64,000 nt of DNA from Candidatus Fervidifonticultor sextus (GCA_031459875.1 JAVKHQ010000005.1:32001-96000); one strand, 5' to 3'; numbered from the stretch's first letter, positions 19,592-29,764 are shown. The notes: generated by a model not told the origin, from the letters alone. Program-made: numbers and translations.

Positions 19592-21088
19592 ATGAACAGG
19601 TGCGTGCGCGCGGCGGCAGCCATCGCGCTGCTGGCGGTGGCTGCGGCTCCGGCCGCCGCCCAGATCTTCACGGACATGGCCAACCACCCCGCACGCCGGG
19701 CGGCGGAGCGCCTGGCGGCCAAGGGCGTCGTGACGCGGCTGCCGGACGGCCGGCTGGCGCCCGATGACCCGCTGACCCGGCTGGATGTGGCGGTCTTCCT
19801 GGCCCGGGTCCTGGGAATTCCCACCGGCGGCATTCCCTACCTCGACTTCCGGGACACCGATCAGATCCCGCCTGGGGATCGGGCCGCCGTGGCGGCCGCG
19901 TCGATCATGGGCACGGTCTCGGCGACGCGGGTGGAGATCCGGAAGGGGACCGTCGTCTACACGCTCACCACGAACAAGACCGTCTACGCGCCCGATGAGC
20001 CGGTGCAATTGAATTTCTCCATCGCCAACGAGGGGCCCGGCGTGCCCACGGAGATCCTGTCTGCCGACCGCGGCCGCCCCCGCGTGAGGCTCTCGGAGCG
20101 CGACGGGGCGAAGGTCGGCTACCAGGGCGAAGTCTACGTCGAGACCAGGACCCCCCAGGGCACCCGGCGCGATCGGGTGGCCCGCATCCAGATCAAGGAG
20201 TTCCGGCCGGACGGCGCGATCGTGGACATCGTGGACCAGGGCTCGGTCGAGTGGAAGCCGGGGCTGAAGGCCCTCTACCTCCAGGACGTCTGGTTCGAGT
20301 ACTCGTCCACCCAGTTCTACGATTTCGTGATCCGCGACGCGGACGGCAACGAGATGGCCCGCTGGTCCCTCAACCGGCCGTTCCAGCCCGTCGCCCAGCC
20401 CATCCCCCTGGCCGCCGGAACGGCCATCCAGGACGCCACGCGCTGGAGGCAGCTGGATCAGAACGACCGGCCCGTCCGGCCCGGGCGGTACGAGCTGGTC
20501 GCCGTCCACACCACCAAGGAGAACCCCACCGAGCTGTCCATCACGTTCCAGCGGGGGATCATCGCGCCCTTCCCCGACAACACCTTCCGACCCAGGCAGC
20601 CGGTGACGCGGGCCGATCTCGCGGTGTTTATCGTGCGGGCCATGGGGCTGGAGACCGAGGCGCGCCGCCGGACCAACGACCCCCTCCAGGTGGCTGACGC
20701 CCGTGACATCCCGGCCGAGGCGCGCGGCAGCGTGGTGGTCGCCCTGGAGAAGAAGGCGCTCCTGCCATTGCCCGACAACACCTTCCGGCCAGCCCGCACA
20801 GCCACCCGGGGTGACGCCGTGCTCGGGCTCAACGGGCTCATGGAAGCGCTGGGCCGCTACGACTACACCACGGCCACGCTGCGCGAGGTCCGCGGCGGCC
20901 CCCCGCCGGTCGTGGTCGTGGAGGACGCCAACAAGCAGATCCGCTCCCACCGGGTCGCCGTGGTGAGCGCCATCTACCGCAACGACCAGGTCGTCCTGCT
21001 CCTCCAGCTGCGGCCGGGGGACCAGCTCAAGATGCTCAAGCCCACCGACGCAGGCGAGGTCATGTACATCGAGGCGACCGGGAGGTAG
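19592..21088 (+). CDS. Secreted S-layer homology (SLH) domain protein with Ig-like/BsuPI-like central region
   Basis: Signal peptide (AAAQ); SLH-like repeats (FTDMANHPA, PDDPLTRLD, FPDNTFRPRQPVTRAD, PDNTFRPARTATRGD); FEYSSTQFYDFVI..WS segment. Confidence 0.75.
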   Translation: MNRCVRAAAAIALLAVAAAPAAAQIFTDMANHPARRAAERLAAKGVVTRLPDGRLAPDDPLTRLDVAVFLARVLGIPTGGIPYLDFRDTDQIPPGDRAAVAAASIMGTVSATRVEIRKGTVVYTLTTNKTVYAPDEPVQLNFSIANEGPGVPTEILSADRGRPRVRLSERDGAKVGYQGEVYVETRTPQGTRRDRVARIQIKEFRPDGAIVDIVDQGSVEWKPGLKALYLQDVWFEYSSTQFYDFVIRDADGNEMARWSLNRPFQPVAQPIPLAAGTAIQDATRWRQLDQNDRPVRPGRYELVAVHTTKENPTELSITFQRGIIAPFPDNTFRPRQPVTRADLAVFIVRAMGLETEARRRTNDPLQVADARDIPAEARGSVVVALEKKALLPLPDNTFRPARTATRGDAVLGLNGLMEALGRYDYTTATLREVRGGPPPVVVVEDANKQIRSHRVAVVSAIYRNDQVVLLLQLRPGDQLKMLKPTDAGEVMYIEATGR

Positions 21089-21093
21089 CGGCC

Positions 21094-21768
21094 ATGGAGT
21101 TCTTCCTCGACACGGCCAACCTGGAGGAGATCCGGACGGCGCAGTCCTGGGGCATTCTGGACGGCGTCACGACCAACCCCACCCTCGTCGCCAGGGAAGG
21201 CCGGGACCACAAGGCGCTGATCCAGGAGATCTGCGCCCTCGTGCCGGGTCCGGTCAGCGTCGAGACCACCACCGCCGACGCCGAGGGGATGGTCCGTGAG
21301 GGCGAGGTCTTCGCCACCTGGGCGCCCAACGTGGTGGTGAAGGTGCCGGTGACCCCAGAGGGGATCAGGGCCGCGAGGGCGCTGGGGGCCAAGGGCATCC
21401 CCGTGAACGTGACGTTGGTCTTCTCGCTGCCCCAGGCGCTGATCGCGGCCAAGGCGGGCGCCCGGTTCGTCAGCCCCTTTGTGGGCCGGCTCGACGACGC
21501 CGGTAGCGACGGCATGCAGGTCGTTCGGGACATCTGCACCGCCTTCGCCCACTACAAGTTTGGGACCAGGGTGCTCGCCGCCAGCCTGCGCCACCCGGTG
21601 CACGTCGTCCAGGCGGCCCTGGCCGGGGCGCAGGTGGCCACGATGCCCTTCAAGGTGATGGAGCAACTCTTCAAGCATCCGATGACCGACGTCGGGCTCG
21701 AGCGGTTCCTGGCGGACGCCCGCCGGCTGGCCGCCGAACTCGAAGCGCGCAAGACGGCGCGGGTCTAG
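21094..21768 (+). CDS. fsa: Transaldolase / fructose-6-phosphate aldolase family
   Basis: FFLDTAN, GVTTNPTL, VVVKVP, NVTLVFS, SPFVGRLDD, AASLRHP. Confidence 0.93.
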   Translation: MEFFLDTANLEEIRTAQSWGILDGVTTNPTLVAREGRDHKALIQEICALVPGPVSVETTTADAEGMVREGEVFATWAPNVVVKVPVTPEGIRAARALGAKGIPVNVTLVFSLPQALIAAKAGARFVSPFVGRLDDAGSDGMQVVRDICTAFAHYKFGTRVLAASLRHPVHVVQAALAGAQVATMPFKVMEQLFKHPMTDVGLERFLADARRLAAELEARKTARV

Positions 21769-21798
21769 ACGCGGCCGTCGCGGGAATAGATCGGAGAG

Positions 21799-23073
21799 GT
21801 GAGCGTTGACGTGCCGATCGCAGAACTGGAGGCCAAGACCCTGACAGAGCTCCAGGACATGGCCAAGGAGCTCAACATCCCCAACTACCGGCGGTACCGG
21901 AAGCAGGAGCTGATCATGCGCGTGCTCCAGGTGCAGACCGAGGCCGCGGGGCTGCTGATCCGCTCGGGCATCCTGGAGATCATGCCCGAAGGGTACGGGT
22001 TCCTGCGGACCAACGGCTACCTGCCGGGCAACGAGGACATCTACGTGTCGCCCTCGCAGATCAAGCGGTTCGGCCTGCGGGTGGGCGACGAGGTGCTGGG
22101 GCAGGTCCGGCCGCCCAAGGACAACGAGAAGTACTTCGCGCTGCTGCGCGTGGAGGCGGTCAACGGGCTGGACCCCGAGCAGGCGCGCACGCGTCCCGGT
22201 TTCGAGCAGTTGACGCCGGTCTTCCCCCACGAGCGCATCAAGCTGGAACTGCCCGAATCCGACCTCACCGTGCGGGTGGTCGATCTGTTCTCGCCCATCG
22301 GCAAGGGCCAGCGCGGCATGATCGTCTCGCCGCCCAAGGCCGGCAAGACCACGCTGCTCAAGAAGATCGGGCAGTCCATCGTCCAGAACCACAGCGAGAT
22401 CTATCTGATGGTCCTGCTCCTCGACGAGCGGCCGGAAGAGGTTACCGACATGCGCCGCTCGGTCGAGGCGGAGGTCATCGCCAGCACCTTCGACCGCGCC
22501 CCCGAGGAGCACATCCAGGTGGCCGACCTGGTCCTGGAGCGCGCCAAGCGTCTGGTCGAGGGCGGCCGGGACGTCGTCATCCTGCTGGACTCCCTGACGC
22601 GCTTCTCCCGCGCCAACAACCTGGTCATCCCGCCGTCGGGCCGCACGCTGTCCGGCGGCCTGGATCCCGCGGCCCTGCACCGGCCGAAGCGGTTCTTCGG
22701 CGCGGCCCGCAAGATCGAGGAGGGCGGGAGCCTGACCATCATCGCCACGGCCCTGATCGACACCGGCAGCCGGATGGACGACGTCATCTACGAAGAGTTC
22801 AAGGGCACTGGCAACATGGAACTGCACCTCAACCGCAAACTGCAGGAGCGCCGGACCTTCCCGGCCATCGACATCAAGATGTCGGGCACGCGGCGCGAGG
22901 AGCTGTTGCTCACCGACGAAGAACTGCGCAAGGTCTGGGTGCTGCGCAAGAGTCTGGAGCAGCTCGACACCGTGGCCATGACCGAGCTCATCCTGGACCG
23001 CCTGCGCAAGACCCCCAACAACGCGGCGTTCCTGCGGTCGATCGTCAAGAGCTCGGAGGAGAACGGCGCCTAA
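21799..23073 (+). CDS. rho: Transcription termination factor Rho
   Basis: [39 protein letters not shown]. Confidence 0.98.
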   Translation: MSVDVPIAELEAKTLTELQDMAKELNIPNYRRYRKQELIMRVLQVQTEAAGLLIRSGILEIMPEGYGFLRTNGYLPGNEDIYVSPSQIKRFGLRVGDEVLGQVRPPKDNEKYFALLRVEAVNGLDPEQARTRPGFEQLTPVFPHERIKLELPESDLTVRVVDLFSPIGKGQRGMIVSPPKAGKTTLLKKIGQSIVQNHSEIYLMVLLLDERPEEVTDMRRSVEAEVIASTFDRAPEEHIQVADLVLERAKRLVEGGRDVVILLDSLTRFSRANNLVIPPSGRTLSGGLDPAALHRPKRFFGAARKIEEGGSLTIIATALIDTGSRMDDVIYEEFKGTGNMELHLNRKLQERRTFPAIDIKMSGTRREELLLTDEELRKVWVLRKSLEQLDTVAMTELILDRLRKTPNNAAFLRSIVKSSEENGA

Positions 23074-23102
23074 ACTCCCAGGCCTCCCCCATGGGGCGCA
23101 CC

Positions 23103-23137
23103 TCGACGCCCGGCAGGAGGACGCGGCCGGGCGTCGA
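23103..23137 (+). terminator. Stable hairpin downstream of rho
   Basis: TCGACGCCCGGC / GCCGGGCGTCGA 12-bp inverted repeat; no U-tract, so function uncertain. Confidence 0.4.
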
Positions 23138-23279
23138 ATACTAGTGGCACTCCGCAGCAGGCTGGTTCGTCTGGGTTTCCTCGCACGACCGCACGCCGCC
23201 CGCGCGTGCGCAACATGCCGGTCGAATATCCAGCCCGGCGCAGGCCGGTGCGTCTGGCTGGGACAGGTAGGAGGCAGCA

Positions 23280-24353
23280 TTGCGCACAGCGGCACGGCTG
23301 GCGTGCGTGGCGGTGGTCCTGGCGCTGGCGACGGCGCTGGGGGTGCCGGAGCCGGTGGCCTCCCAGCCTCCGGTGCGATCCAGGGCCGATCGGACAGTCG
23401 TCCAGCCGCTGCACGACCTCTCGGCGCTCCACCCGCCGGTGGCCCGCGACGGCCGGCTGGTGTCGGCTGGGGCGCGGCCCCGGGGCCCGGTCGCCGGCGC
23501 TCCCGGAATCGGGGTCCCGCGGGCCAGCGCCCTCCCGGCGCGTGTCACGCCGCCGCGGGTCCACACCGTGCGCAGCGGCGACACCCTGTGGGGCATCGCC
23601 AGGCGGTACGGGGTCACAGTGGAACGCCTGGCCGAAGCAAACCGAATCCAGGCGACCTCGACGCTGGCGACGGGGCGGTCCCTGGTGATTCCGCCCCAGG
23701 GAGGCGGGCAGGCCCCCGCAGCCCGGGCGACCTCGCGGCCTGCGCCGCCGCGTCCCGCACCCGTCACCCATATCGTCCAGCCGGGCGACACGTTGTGGGA
23801 CATCGCCAGCCGGTACGGGACGCGCGTGGAAGACCTGATGGCCTACAACGACCTGGGCGACTCCGAGTGGATCAGGCCCGGCCAGCGGTTGATCATCTCG
23901 GGCCGCGCGCTCCCCAGGCACCGCCAGGTGGCCGCGCAGTCTCGCAGCGCCCGCCGGGCGCCGGCGGGGGAGATCGAGGCGCTGGCCGGGGGCCTGGCCT
24001 GGCCCGCGCGCGGGACCCTCACCTCGCGGTTCGGCTGGCGGTACCGGCGCCACCACGACGGGATTGACATCGCCAGTCCCCGCGGGACGCCGATCTTTGC
24101 CGCGCGCGACGGCGTGGTGGAGTTCGCGGGGTGGAAGGCCGGGTACGGCCGCGTCGTCATCGTCAGCCACGGGGGCGGTCTGGTGACGGTCTACGGACAC
24201 GCGTCGAGCCTGCTCGTTAAAGCCGGCGAGTCGGTCAGGAAGGGCCAGGTGATCGCGCGCGTCGGCTGCACCGGTTCCTGCACCGGGTCGCACCTCCACT
24301 TCGAAGTCCGCCACAACGGCCGACCGATCAACCCGCTGCCCTACCTGCAGTAG
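23280..24353 (+). CDS. LysM x2 + M23 family peptidase (NlpD/MepM-like)
   Basis: Two LysM repeats (HTVRSGDTLWGIA, HIVQPGDTLWDIA), HDGID, YGH, HLHFEVR; TTG start after AGGAGG. Confidence 0.93.
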   Translation: MRTAARLACVAVVLALATALGVPEPVASQPPVRSRADRTVVQPLHDLSALHPPVARDGRLVSAGARPRGPVAGAPGIGVPRASALPARVTPPRVHTVRSGDTLWGIARRYGVTVERLAEANRIQATSTLATGRSLVIPPQGGGQAPAARATSRPAPPRPAPVTHIVQPGDTLWDIASRYGTRVEDLMAYNDLGDSEWIRPGQRLIISGRALPRHRQVAAQSRSARRAPAGEIEALAGGLAWPARGTLTSRFGWRYRRHHDGIDIASPRGTPIFAARDGVVEFAGWKAGYGRVVIVSHGGGLVTVYGHASSLLVKAGESVRKGQVIARVGCTGSCTGSHLHFEVRHNGRPINPLPYLQ

Positions 24354-24452
24354 TCCATCGAAGCCCCGCCTGCCGTCGGGTGCCTCGACGGCCCAGGGGT
24401 GGTCTGGTATACTCCGGGTGTTGCCATTTGCGACTTTCCGAGGAGCGGTTCC

Positions 24453-24656
24453 ATGAAGGCCGGGATCCACCCTGAGTACCACCAGGCCCGCGTCACCTGC
24501 GCGTGCGGCGAGACCTTTGTCACCGGGTCGACCAAGAAGTCAATCCGGGTGGAGATCTGCTCGAAGTGCCATCCTTTCTACACGGGCCAGCGCAAGTTCG
24601 TTGACGCCGAGGGCCGCGTGCAGAAGTTCGCCCGCAAGTACGGCCTGAAGGTCTAG
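24453..24656 (+). CDS. rpmE: 50S ribosomal protein L31 (Zn-ribbon C+ form)
   Basis: [30 protein letters not shown]; extended -10 TGGTATACT near 24405. Confidence 0.97.
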   Translation: MKAGIHPEYHQARVTCACGETFVTGSTKKSIRVEICSKCHPFYTGQRKFVDAEGRVQKFARKYGLKV

Positions 24657-24667
24657 CCTGGCCCGAA

Positions 24668-25468
24668 CTACTGCCGATCCAGCCACGCGAAAAAGTCTTT
24701 CTCGAACTCTTCCACCGGGCGACCGAAGACGGCCTCAAACTGGGTCGGGAAGACCGTGTCACCCGGCGCATAGAGCGCGATGATCTTGGGCCACCCGGCG
24801 GTCTCGTGCAGGTAGATGCCCAGGGCTGCCGCGATGCGATAGAAATCCCCCAACGTCCTCGCATCCGGCGTCCCGATTCCGATCTGCCGGATGGAGAAGG
24901 CAGGCTGGTTCTTCCTGGCCTGCTGGGACCGGGGGAGTTGCGTGGCCTTCACGTACGCCGGAAAGTTAATGACCCTCCGTTCGTCCATGACCTTCAGCTT
25001 GTGTAGCTCGGCCGGCCCTTCCCAGAAAGCAAAGGGAGTTCTGCGGCGATCCATCCGCGACTGGCGCTGGTACAGGTGGAACATCTCGTGCGGGACGGTC
25101 CACCAAACCTGCAGGTCGGGCCGCGCGGTATAACTGCGAATGTACTCGAGGTTCAACGCGAAGGCCCCCAGGGCCGACTGACCGCTGTAGAGGTGGGATC
25201 GCCGCTCCGCGGTCGGCCGGTCGAACAACCCGAACTCCACGAGGACGTCGGCGAAGTCGGCCTTTGTGGCGCAGAGGTAGGCCTTTGGGGGCCCATCCAG
25301 CACCACGCCGAGCCTCCTCAGAGACGCCAGGCTGTGCAGCGTCGCCTGCTGGACGGCCTGGACCACGGCGGGCTCCACCTGGCCGCGCTGCACGATCTCG
25401 AACGGCAGTTGGGCGAGGGTCGGGTGGAGTGCCAGGGTCGTGGCGATTGCGCACACCACCAGGCTCAA
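24668..25468 (-). CDS. Secreted HExxH metallopeptidase-like hypothetical protein
   Basis: Signal-like N-terminus; HEMFH followed by FWEGPAE (gluzincin-like pattern); start uncertain. Confidence 0.6.
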   Translation of the reverse strand: MSLVVCAIATTLALHPTLAQLPFEIVQRGQVEPAVVQAVQQATLHSLASLRRLGVVLDGPPKAYLCATKADFADVLVEFGLFDRPTAERRSHLYSGQSALGAFALNLEYIRSYTARPDLQVWWTVPHEMFHLYQRQSRMDRRRTPFAFWEGPAELHKLKVMDERRVINFPAYVKATQLPRSQQARKNQPAFSIRQIGIGTPDARTLGDFYRIAAALGIYLHETAGWPKIIALYAPGDTVFPTQFEAVFGRPVEEFEKDFFAWLDRQ

Positions 25469-25701
25469 GGAGCGGCGGTGGGTCAGTCTTCTTGAGTCGT
25501 GCGTGATCGTAGGAAGTCCCCCCTCCGGTGTGACGTCGCGTTCTACGTCCTCCGGTCTACGGCGCCTCCAGGCGAGCCGCGACGGATTCCGGAACGGGGT
25601 TCGTAAGTTGCAGGCTGAAGGCCCGCGACGAGCCAGGGCAGGATCGCCTGGCTGATTCCGTCCGCCATCATCGCCCCATCGGCCATCGCCGCGTGGCGCC
25701 G

Positions 25702-25751
25702 CCGGACCCCGCCAGTCCTGAGGGGGGCCCTGCCAGACGGGCGGGGTCCGG
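25702..25751 (-). terminator. Long hairpin just after the PCuAC stop
   Basis: CCGGACCCCGCC / GGCGGGGTCCGG 12-bp perfect inverted repeat. Confidence 0.45.
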
Positions 25752-25758
25752 TCGCCGC

Positions 25759-26274
25759 CTACGGCGCCGACATGCGCACGGGTACCGAGATGGCCACCGC
25801 TCCCGCCCGCTCGAAGTGCAGCGTCACGGCGAGCCGCTCCCCCTCTTTGAGGTCGCGCTTGAGTCCCAGCAGCATGATGTGGAGCCCACCCGGACGCAGC
25901 TGCGCCCGTCCGCGAGCAGGGACCACGATGGCCGGCACCTTGTGCATGCGACTCATGCCGCCCTCCATGCGCGTCTCATGGAGTTCCACCGCGGCGGCGA
26001 CCCCGGCGTCGGCGCGCAACAGCCGGTCAGCCTGCGAGCCGGTGTTGTGAATGACCATGTAGATCGCCGAGGCGCCAGGTCCCATCTCCGTGCCTTTCCC
26101 ATGGACACCGGCGGGTGCCGCGACGCCCGGCCGTGCCCAGGCCTTCTCGATCCTGATCGATGACGCAGGCGACGCGGCATCGCCCGAGATGGTGGCGGCT
26201 CCGATAAACACGGCAGCGGCAACGAGGGGCGCACCCGAGAGCCACAGGTGCCTCATCTGACGTGACAGGTACAT
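25759..26274 (-). CDS. Copper chaperone PCu(A)C, copy 1
   Basis: Signal peptide, IEKAWAR, SAIYMVIHN, ELHETRMEGGMSRM...GLHIML; SD AAGGAG before ATG 26274. Confidence 0.93.
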   Translation of the reverse strand: MYLSRQMRHLWLSGAPLVAAAVFIGAATISGDAASPASSIRIEKAWARPGVAAPAGVHGKGTEMGPGASAIYMVIHNTGSQADRLLRADAGVAAAVELHETRMEGGMSRMHKVPAIVVPARGRAQLRPGGLHIMLLGLKRDLKEGERLAVTLHFERAGAVAISVPVRMSAP

Positions 26275-26328
26275 CTCTGGATCACTCCTTTGCCAATCGG
26301 TCGCGACGCGAAGTCGGGCGTGTTGCAT

Positions 26329-26913
26329 CTAGTGCCTGAGCAGCTGACGGACGTCGTGTGCCACGTCGGCCGCGGTGGCCTCGTGGCTCACATTCAGACG
26401 CCAGCGTCCCTCCCGGTCGATGACGGGGACGTTCGTCGAGTGCGCTATGAGGTACCCCGCTGCGCTGTTGCGTACCGGGACCTTCTGGAACGCGGCGCCG
26501 AAGAATCGGTAGGTCGCGGCCAACAGATGCGGGGGGCCTGTCAGACCTACGAACTCGGGGCTGAACAGACGGAGGTACCGGTCGAGGAACGCCGGGGTGT
26601 CAACCTCGGGGTCGAGCGTGATGAACACGAAGCGGACTCGCGCGGCGTCCGTCCCCAGTATCTTGGCGACGTCCCGGAACATCCCCAGGGTGAGCGGACA
26701 GACGTCCGGGCACCTGGTGTAGCCAAAGAAGACCAGGACGACGCGCCCCCGTTGCTCGGCGAGGTTGAACGGCCGCCCGTGCTGGTCGCTCAGCACGAGC
26801 CTCGGGACCGGGCGCGCAGGGTCGAGTTCGCGGGCTCGGAAGCTTGGGCGGTGGCACGCGGAGAGGAGCAGCACGGCCAAGCCGCTGGCGATCCATCTGA
26901 TCCATCGGGCCAT
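26329..26913 (-). CDS. SCO family copper chaperone lipoprotein, copy 1
   Basis: Lipobox LLSAC, FFGYTRCPDVCP, DPEVDT, IAHS; SD GGGAGG before ATG 26913. Confidence 0.94.
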   Translation of the reverse strand: MARWIRWIASGLAVLLLSACHRPSFRARELDPARPVPRLVLSDQHGRPFNLAEQRGRVVLVFFGYTRCPDVCPLTLGMFRDVAKILGTDAARVRFVFITLDPEVDTPAFLDRYLRLFSPEFVGLTGPPHLLAATYRFFGAAFQKVPVRNSAAGYLIAHSTNVPVIDREGRWRLNVSHEATAADVAHDVRQLLRH

Positions 26914-27008
26914 AACTAGCCTCCCGCGAAAGGTGTCTACCACGACGCCGCACCGCAACACGCCGGGAGTCGACGGCGTGGAGTGGCGGGCCGCAGTGGT
27001 GAGTCGGA

Positions 27009-27524
27009 TTAGGCTGGGCGGTGGGCTCGAGGCGGAGGGTCCGGAACGGGGAGGGGGATGGGCATGAGGCCCGGCGAGACCGGGCGGGCGACCCGTTCGG
27101 TCGGCGGTGGCGCTCCCGGCATCACTGTCGCTGGCGCCGTGGCGACGGCCAGGCCCGAGACGCTGAGGACCTGCGCGCCATGGGCGGTCCCGGGAAGGAC
27201 GGACACGACACGCGGCAGTTCAGAAATTCGTCGGCTGCCGTGCGGGGGCCACGCCGCGCTCTTCCCGTTCTCACCATGATGTCCGGGGGATCCGCGCTGC
27301 CGGTCGTGGCCGTGGCGACGGTGGTGGGCGAGCGCGTCGGCGCGCTGCGCAGGCGTACCGCCGATCACCACGTGCAGGTGGTACGGGTCGCGCTCCACCG
27401 CCTGCGTGTCGGCGACCGGGACGATCAGTCGCAAGACCATCGCCGGCAACGCAACCGCGGCCACAACCAGGAACGGACCCGGACGGCTTGAGCGATCTGC
27501 CGGCGCCGCGCGACATGGGAACAT
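27009..27524 (-). CDS. His-rich putative leader peptide, paralog 1 (HxHxVIGGTP ... VPDPPPR)
   Basis: Hydrophobic segment, then ERDPYHLHVVIGGTPAQRADALAHHRRHGH, PRVVSV and C-terminal VPDPPPRAHRPA; homologous to 54063.. and 56381..; start uncertain. Confidence 0.75.
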   Translation of the reverse strand: MFPCRAAPADRSSRPGPFLVVAAVALPAMVLRLIVPVADTQAVERDPYHLHVVIGGTPAQRADALAHHRRHGHDRQRGSPGHHGENGKSAAWPPHGSRRISELPRVVSVLPGTAHGAQVLSVSGLAVATAPATVMPGAPPPTERVARPVSPGLMPIPLPVPDPPPRAHRPA

Positions 27525-27931
27525 GCCTGGCCGGTGTTCGACAGTGGTAGGATGAAGTCCTCCCCCCTTCCAACCCGATGCAGACATGGACATCCGGACG
27601 ACGGCCCGCGGCAAGCGCGATGGCACCATCGTGCGCCACCTGCAGCTCGCCCACAACGAGCGGGGTCCGCGGACCGGAATGCCCCGGGCCCGCGTCCTGT
27701 CCCGGCAATCCGGGCCAACCTGGGAAGCGCCCGGAACTCCAAGGTGGCGGGCTCACCGGCCCTCACGACGACAGCCCGGGATGTGGGAACCACCGCCAGG
27801 TCGGCGGAGAACGCCACGACGTCCCACGCGCCCGGCACCACCCGCAGGTGGGCCCTCCCCGTCGCGTGTCCCGTGGTCATTGCACCGGCCCGCGCGTCAT
27901 GGCAGTGTCCCAGCTTCGATCATGGTCCGTA

Positions 27932-28561
27932 TCAGGGCTTCTGGCTGATAGCCAGCCGCCCGTACCTCTCTGGAAGGAACACGCCCACGTTCCGCGGCCA
28001 CCAGAAGCTGGGGCCACGGTCGTAGTTGTCCCAGTAGTGCAATCCGGTGGCCACCGTCCCGCCGAGTGCAACACCGATCTCCTCCAATGGGACCGACAGC
28101 TCGTACATCATGTGGCGCGCTGCGGGCGGGCCCATCGCCGCGCCCCGTGCGCGGCTGTCGAAGTGAAATGTCCGTCGGCCTCGCGCATCGATGCGGTCCG
28201 TGCGCAGCCGGCCGTCGCCATAGAGCCAGTAGCCGACCTCGCCCTTGAACCAGATGGCCATGTTGTCGAAGCCGGTGTGGGGAGGGCTGGACGCCGTGGT
28301 GTTGGTGATGTCGTGGATGGCGTCGACACCCACGTAAAGCCGCTCCGTATCGTTCATGACGAGGAAGACGCACCGCGCACCCCCATCGCGGCTGGCCAGG
28401 GTCAGGCGGGCCGCTGCCCGCCACTCGTCCTCTCCGACGACCCCGTCGATGTCAGGCGGCGTGACCGCGTAAGGACTCTGGAGCACCTCCTGCCCACCGG
28501 CTCCTCCCGCGAGGAGACCGGCGATCGCCAGAAGTGCGCCAGCGGCCCCGACCCGTCTCAT
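27932..28561 (-). CDS. Secreted hypothetical protein with CBM9/DOMON-like features
   Basis: Signal peptide; PPDIDGVVGEDEW, NDTERLYVG, YELSVPLEEIG. Confidence 0.6.
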   Translation of the reverse strand: MRRVGAAGALLAIAGLLAGGAGGQEVLQSPYAVTPPDIDGVVGEDEWRAAARLTLASRDGGARCVFLVMNDTERLYVGVDAIHDITNTTASSPPHTGFDNMAIWFKGEVGYWLYGDGRLRTDRIDARGRRTFHFDSRARGAAMGPPAARHMMYELSVPLEEIGVALGGTVATGLHYWDNYDRGPSFWWPRNVGVFLPERYGRLAISQKP

Positions 28562-28620
28562 ATCACCTGCTCCGGGTTTGGGACGCGGATGGGGGGCGTC
28601 CGTTCACGTTTGGTCCACCG

Positions 28621-29184
28621 CTATGGCATTCGTGGAATCTGCGACGCAGGCCAGAGACCATCGGCGGATCCCGCCGGGAAGACTTGCAAGTAGTAGACCG
28701 TATTGGCTGGTACGGGCAGCGGCACACCCGTTTGTGTGTAGCCGCCAATGGCTAACCCAATGTGGTCATACACGGCGACGATGAAACCGGTCCTGTCGCT
28801 GAGAAGCCAGCGGAAGCTGGGGGTGCCATATACCTGCCACGCGGTCTGAAGGGGAGTGCCCAAGGCCACACCCTCGGCTGTACGGAACCGGATCGCCTCA
28901 CCAGCCCCCTGGAGCAGCAGGGCTACCACTTGATCGGTGTCGCGACGGACGAGGGCAACGAGCGCCCAGCGCTGTCCCTGCGGTCCGAACGTCCATCCTA
29001 TGGCCGCGAGGGTCGGGTTGGCCGCCGCCCCCAGGTTCTGCGGGAGCCCCAGTTGCATGCGCAGTGCCGCGCCCGTCACGCCGAGCCGGTAGGGGCCGAT
29101 GCGGTCCCCAGGTACCATCACCGAGTCCTCCGGCGTGGCGGCGGCGCCTGGGAGCCAGGCGAAGGTGGCGCCTGCCAGCGTCAT
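28621..29184 (-). CDS. Secreted hypothetical protein, paralog of 29282..29764
   Basis: EDSVMVPGDRIGPYRLG and FRTAEGVALGTP shared with its neighbour; start uncertain. Confidence 0.65.
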   Translation of the reverse strand: MTLAGATFAWLPGAAATPEDSVMVPGDRIGPYRLGVTGAALRMQLGLPQNLGAAANPTLAAIGWTFGPQGQRWALVALVRRDTDQVVALLLQGAGEAIRFRTAEGVALGTPLQTAWQVYGTPSFRWLLSDRTGFIVAVYDHIGLAIGGYTQTGVPLPVPANTVYYLQVFPAGSADGLWPASQIPRMP

Positions 29185-29281
29185 GAGCAGAAGCGCGAGT
29201 CTCGTAGCGGGCGTCGAGCCGCCGCCGATCCGCCTGTGCGCAGGGTCGATGACGGGTGCTGGCGACCCAGGCGGTCTTTGG

Positions 29282-29764
29282 CTACTGGGATTTGTGATCA
29301 AAGACCCCAATGGCAATGATCCTGCCCTCTTTGGTCTGCACATAGAGCCCAATTCTCCAGTAGGCGCGCGCTTCGACATTTCCCGGATATTGGTGGCGCC
29401 ATTCCGGTCGACCGAAGCGGTCGAGCTCTGAACCAGGACTGCCAAGGCCGACGCCATCGGCCGTCCTGAAGACCCGGTTCGCCTCAGAGTCGAGGAGCGT
29501 CGCGGCCGAGACCGTGTGGGTCGCGTTGAAGAACGAGAAGTAGATACGCTTGTCCCGCCAGAGCATGCCGTAGGACTGAGGCATGGTGGTCGAACCTCGT
29601 TCCCCGACCGACCCCATCAGGCCGATCACGCCGGCCAGCGTCATGCCCAGATTGTAGGGTCCGATGCGTTTGCCAGGGACGATCAGGGTGCCGTCTTCAA
29701 CCTGCGCAGCGGCCAATGTGTGCGCCGCCAGGATGCTGACGAGAACCGCGAGTCCTTTCCGCAT
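29282..29764 (-). CDS. Secreted hypothetical protein
   Basis: Signal peptide (AAAQ); EDGTLIVPGKRIGPYNLG, FRTADGVGLGSP; SD GGAG. Confidence 0.72.
   Translation of the reverse strand: MRKGLAVLVSILAAHTLAAAQVEDGTLIVPGKRIGPYNLGMTLAGVIGLMGSVGERGSTTMPQSYGMLWRDKRIYFSFFNATHTVSAATLLDSEANRVFRTADGVGLGSPGSELDRFGRPEWRHQYPGNVEARAYWRIGLYVQTKEGRIIAIGVFDHKSQ

Noticed and set aside
25468..25526. Non-canonical ACG/ATC start for the HExxH protein after a GGAGG
   Set aside because: It would give a better signal peptide, but the in-frame TTG is an adequate start and there is no conservation evidence.
27560..27900. Possible gene remnant (LRVVPGAWDVVAF..VVVRAGEPATLEF) on the minus strand
   Set aside because: Protein-like only over a short stretch, with no clear start and stops upstream; cannot be supported without a search.
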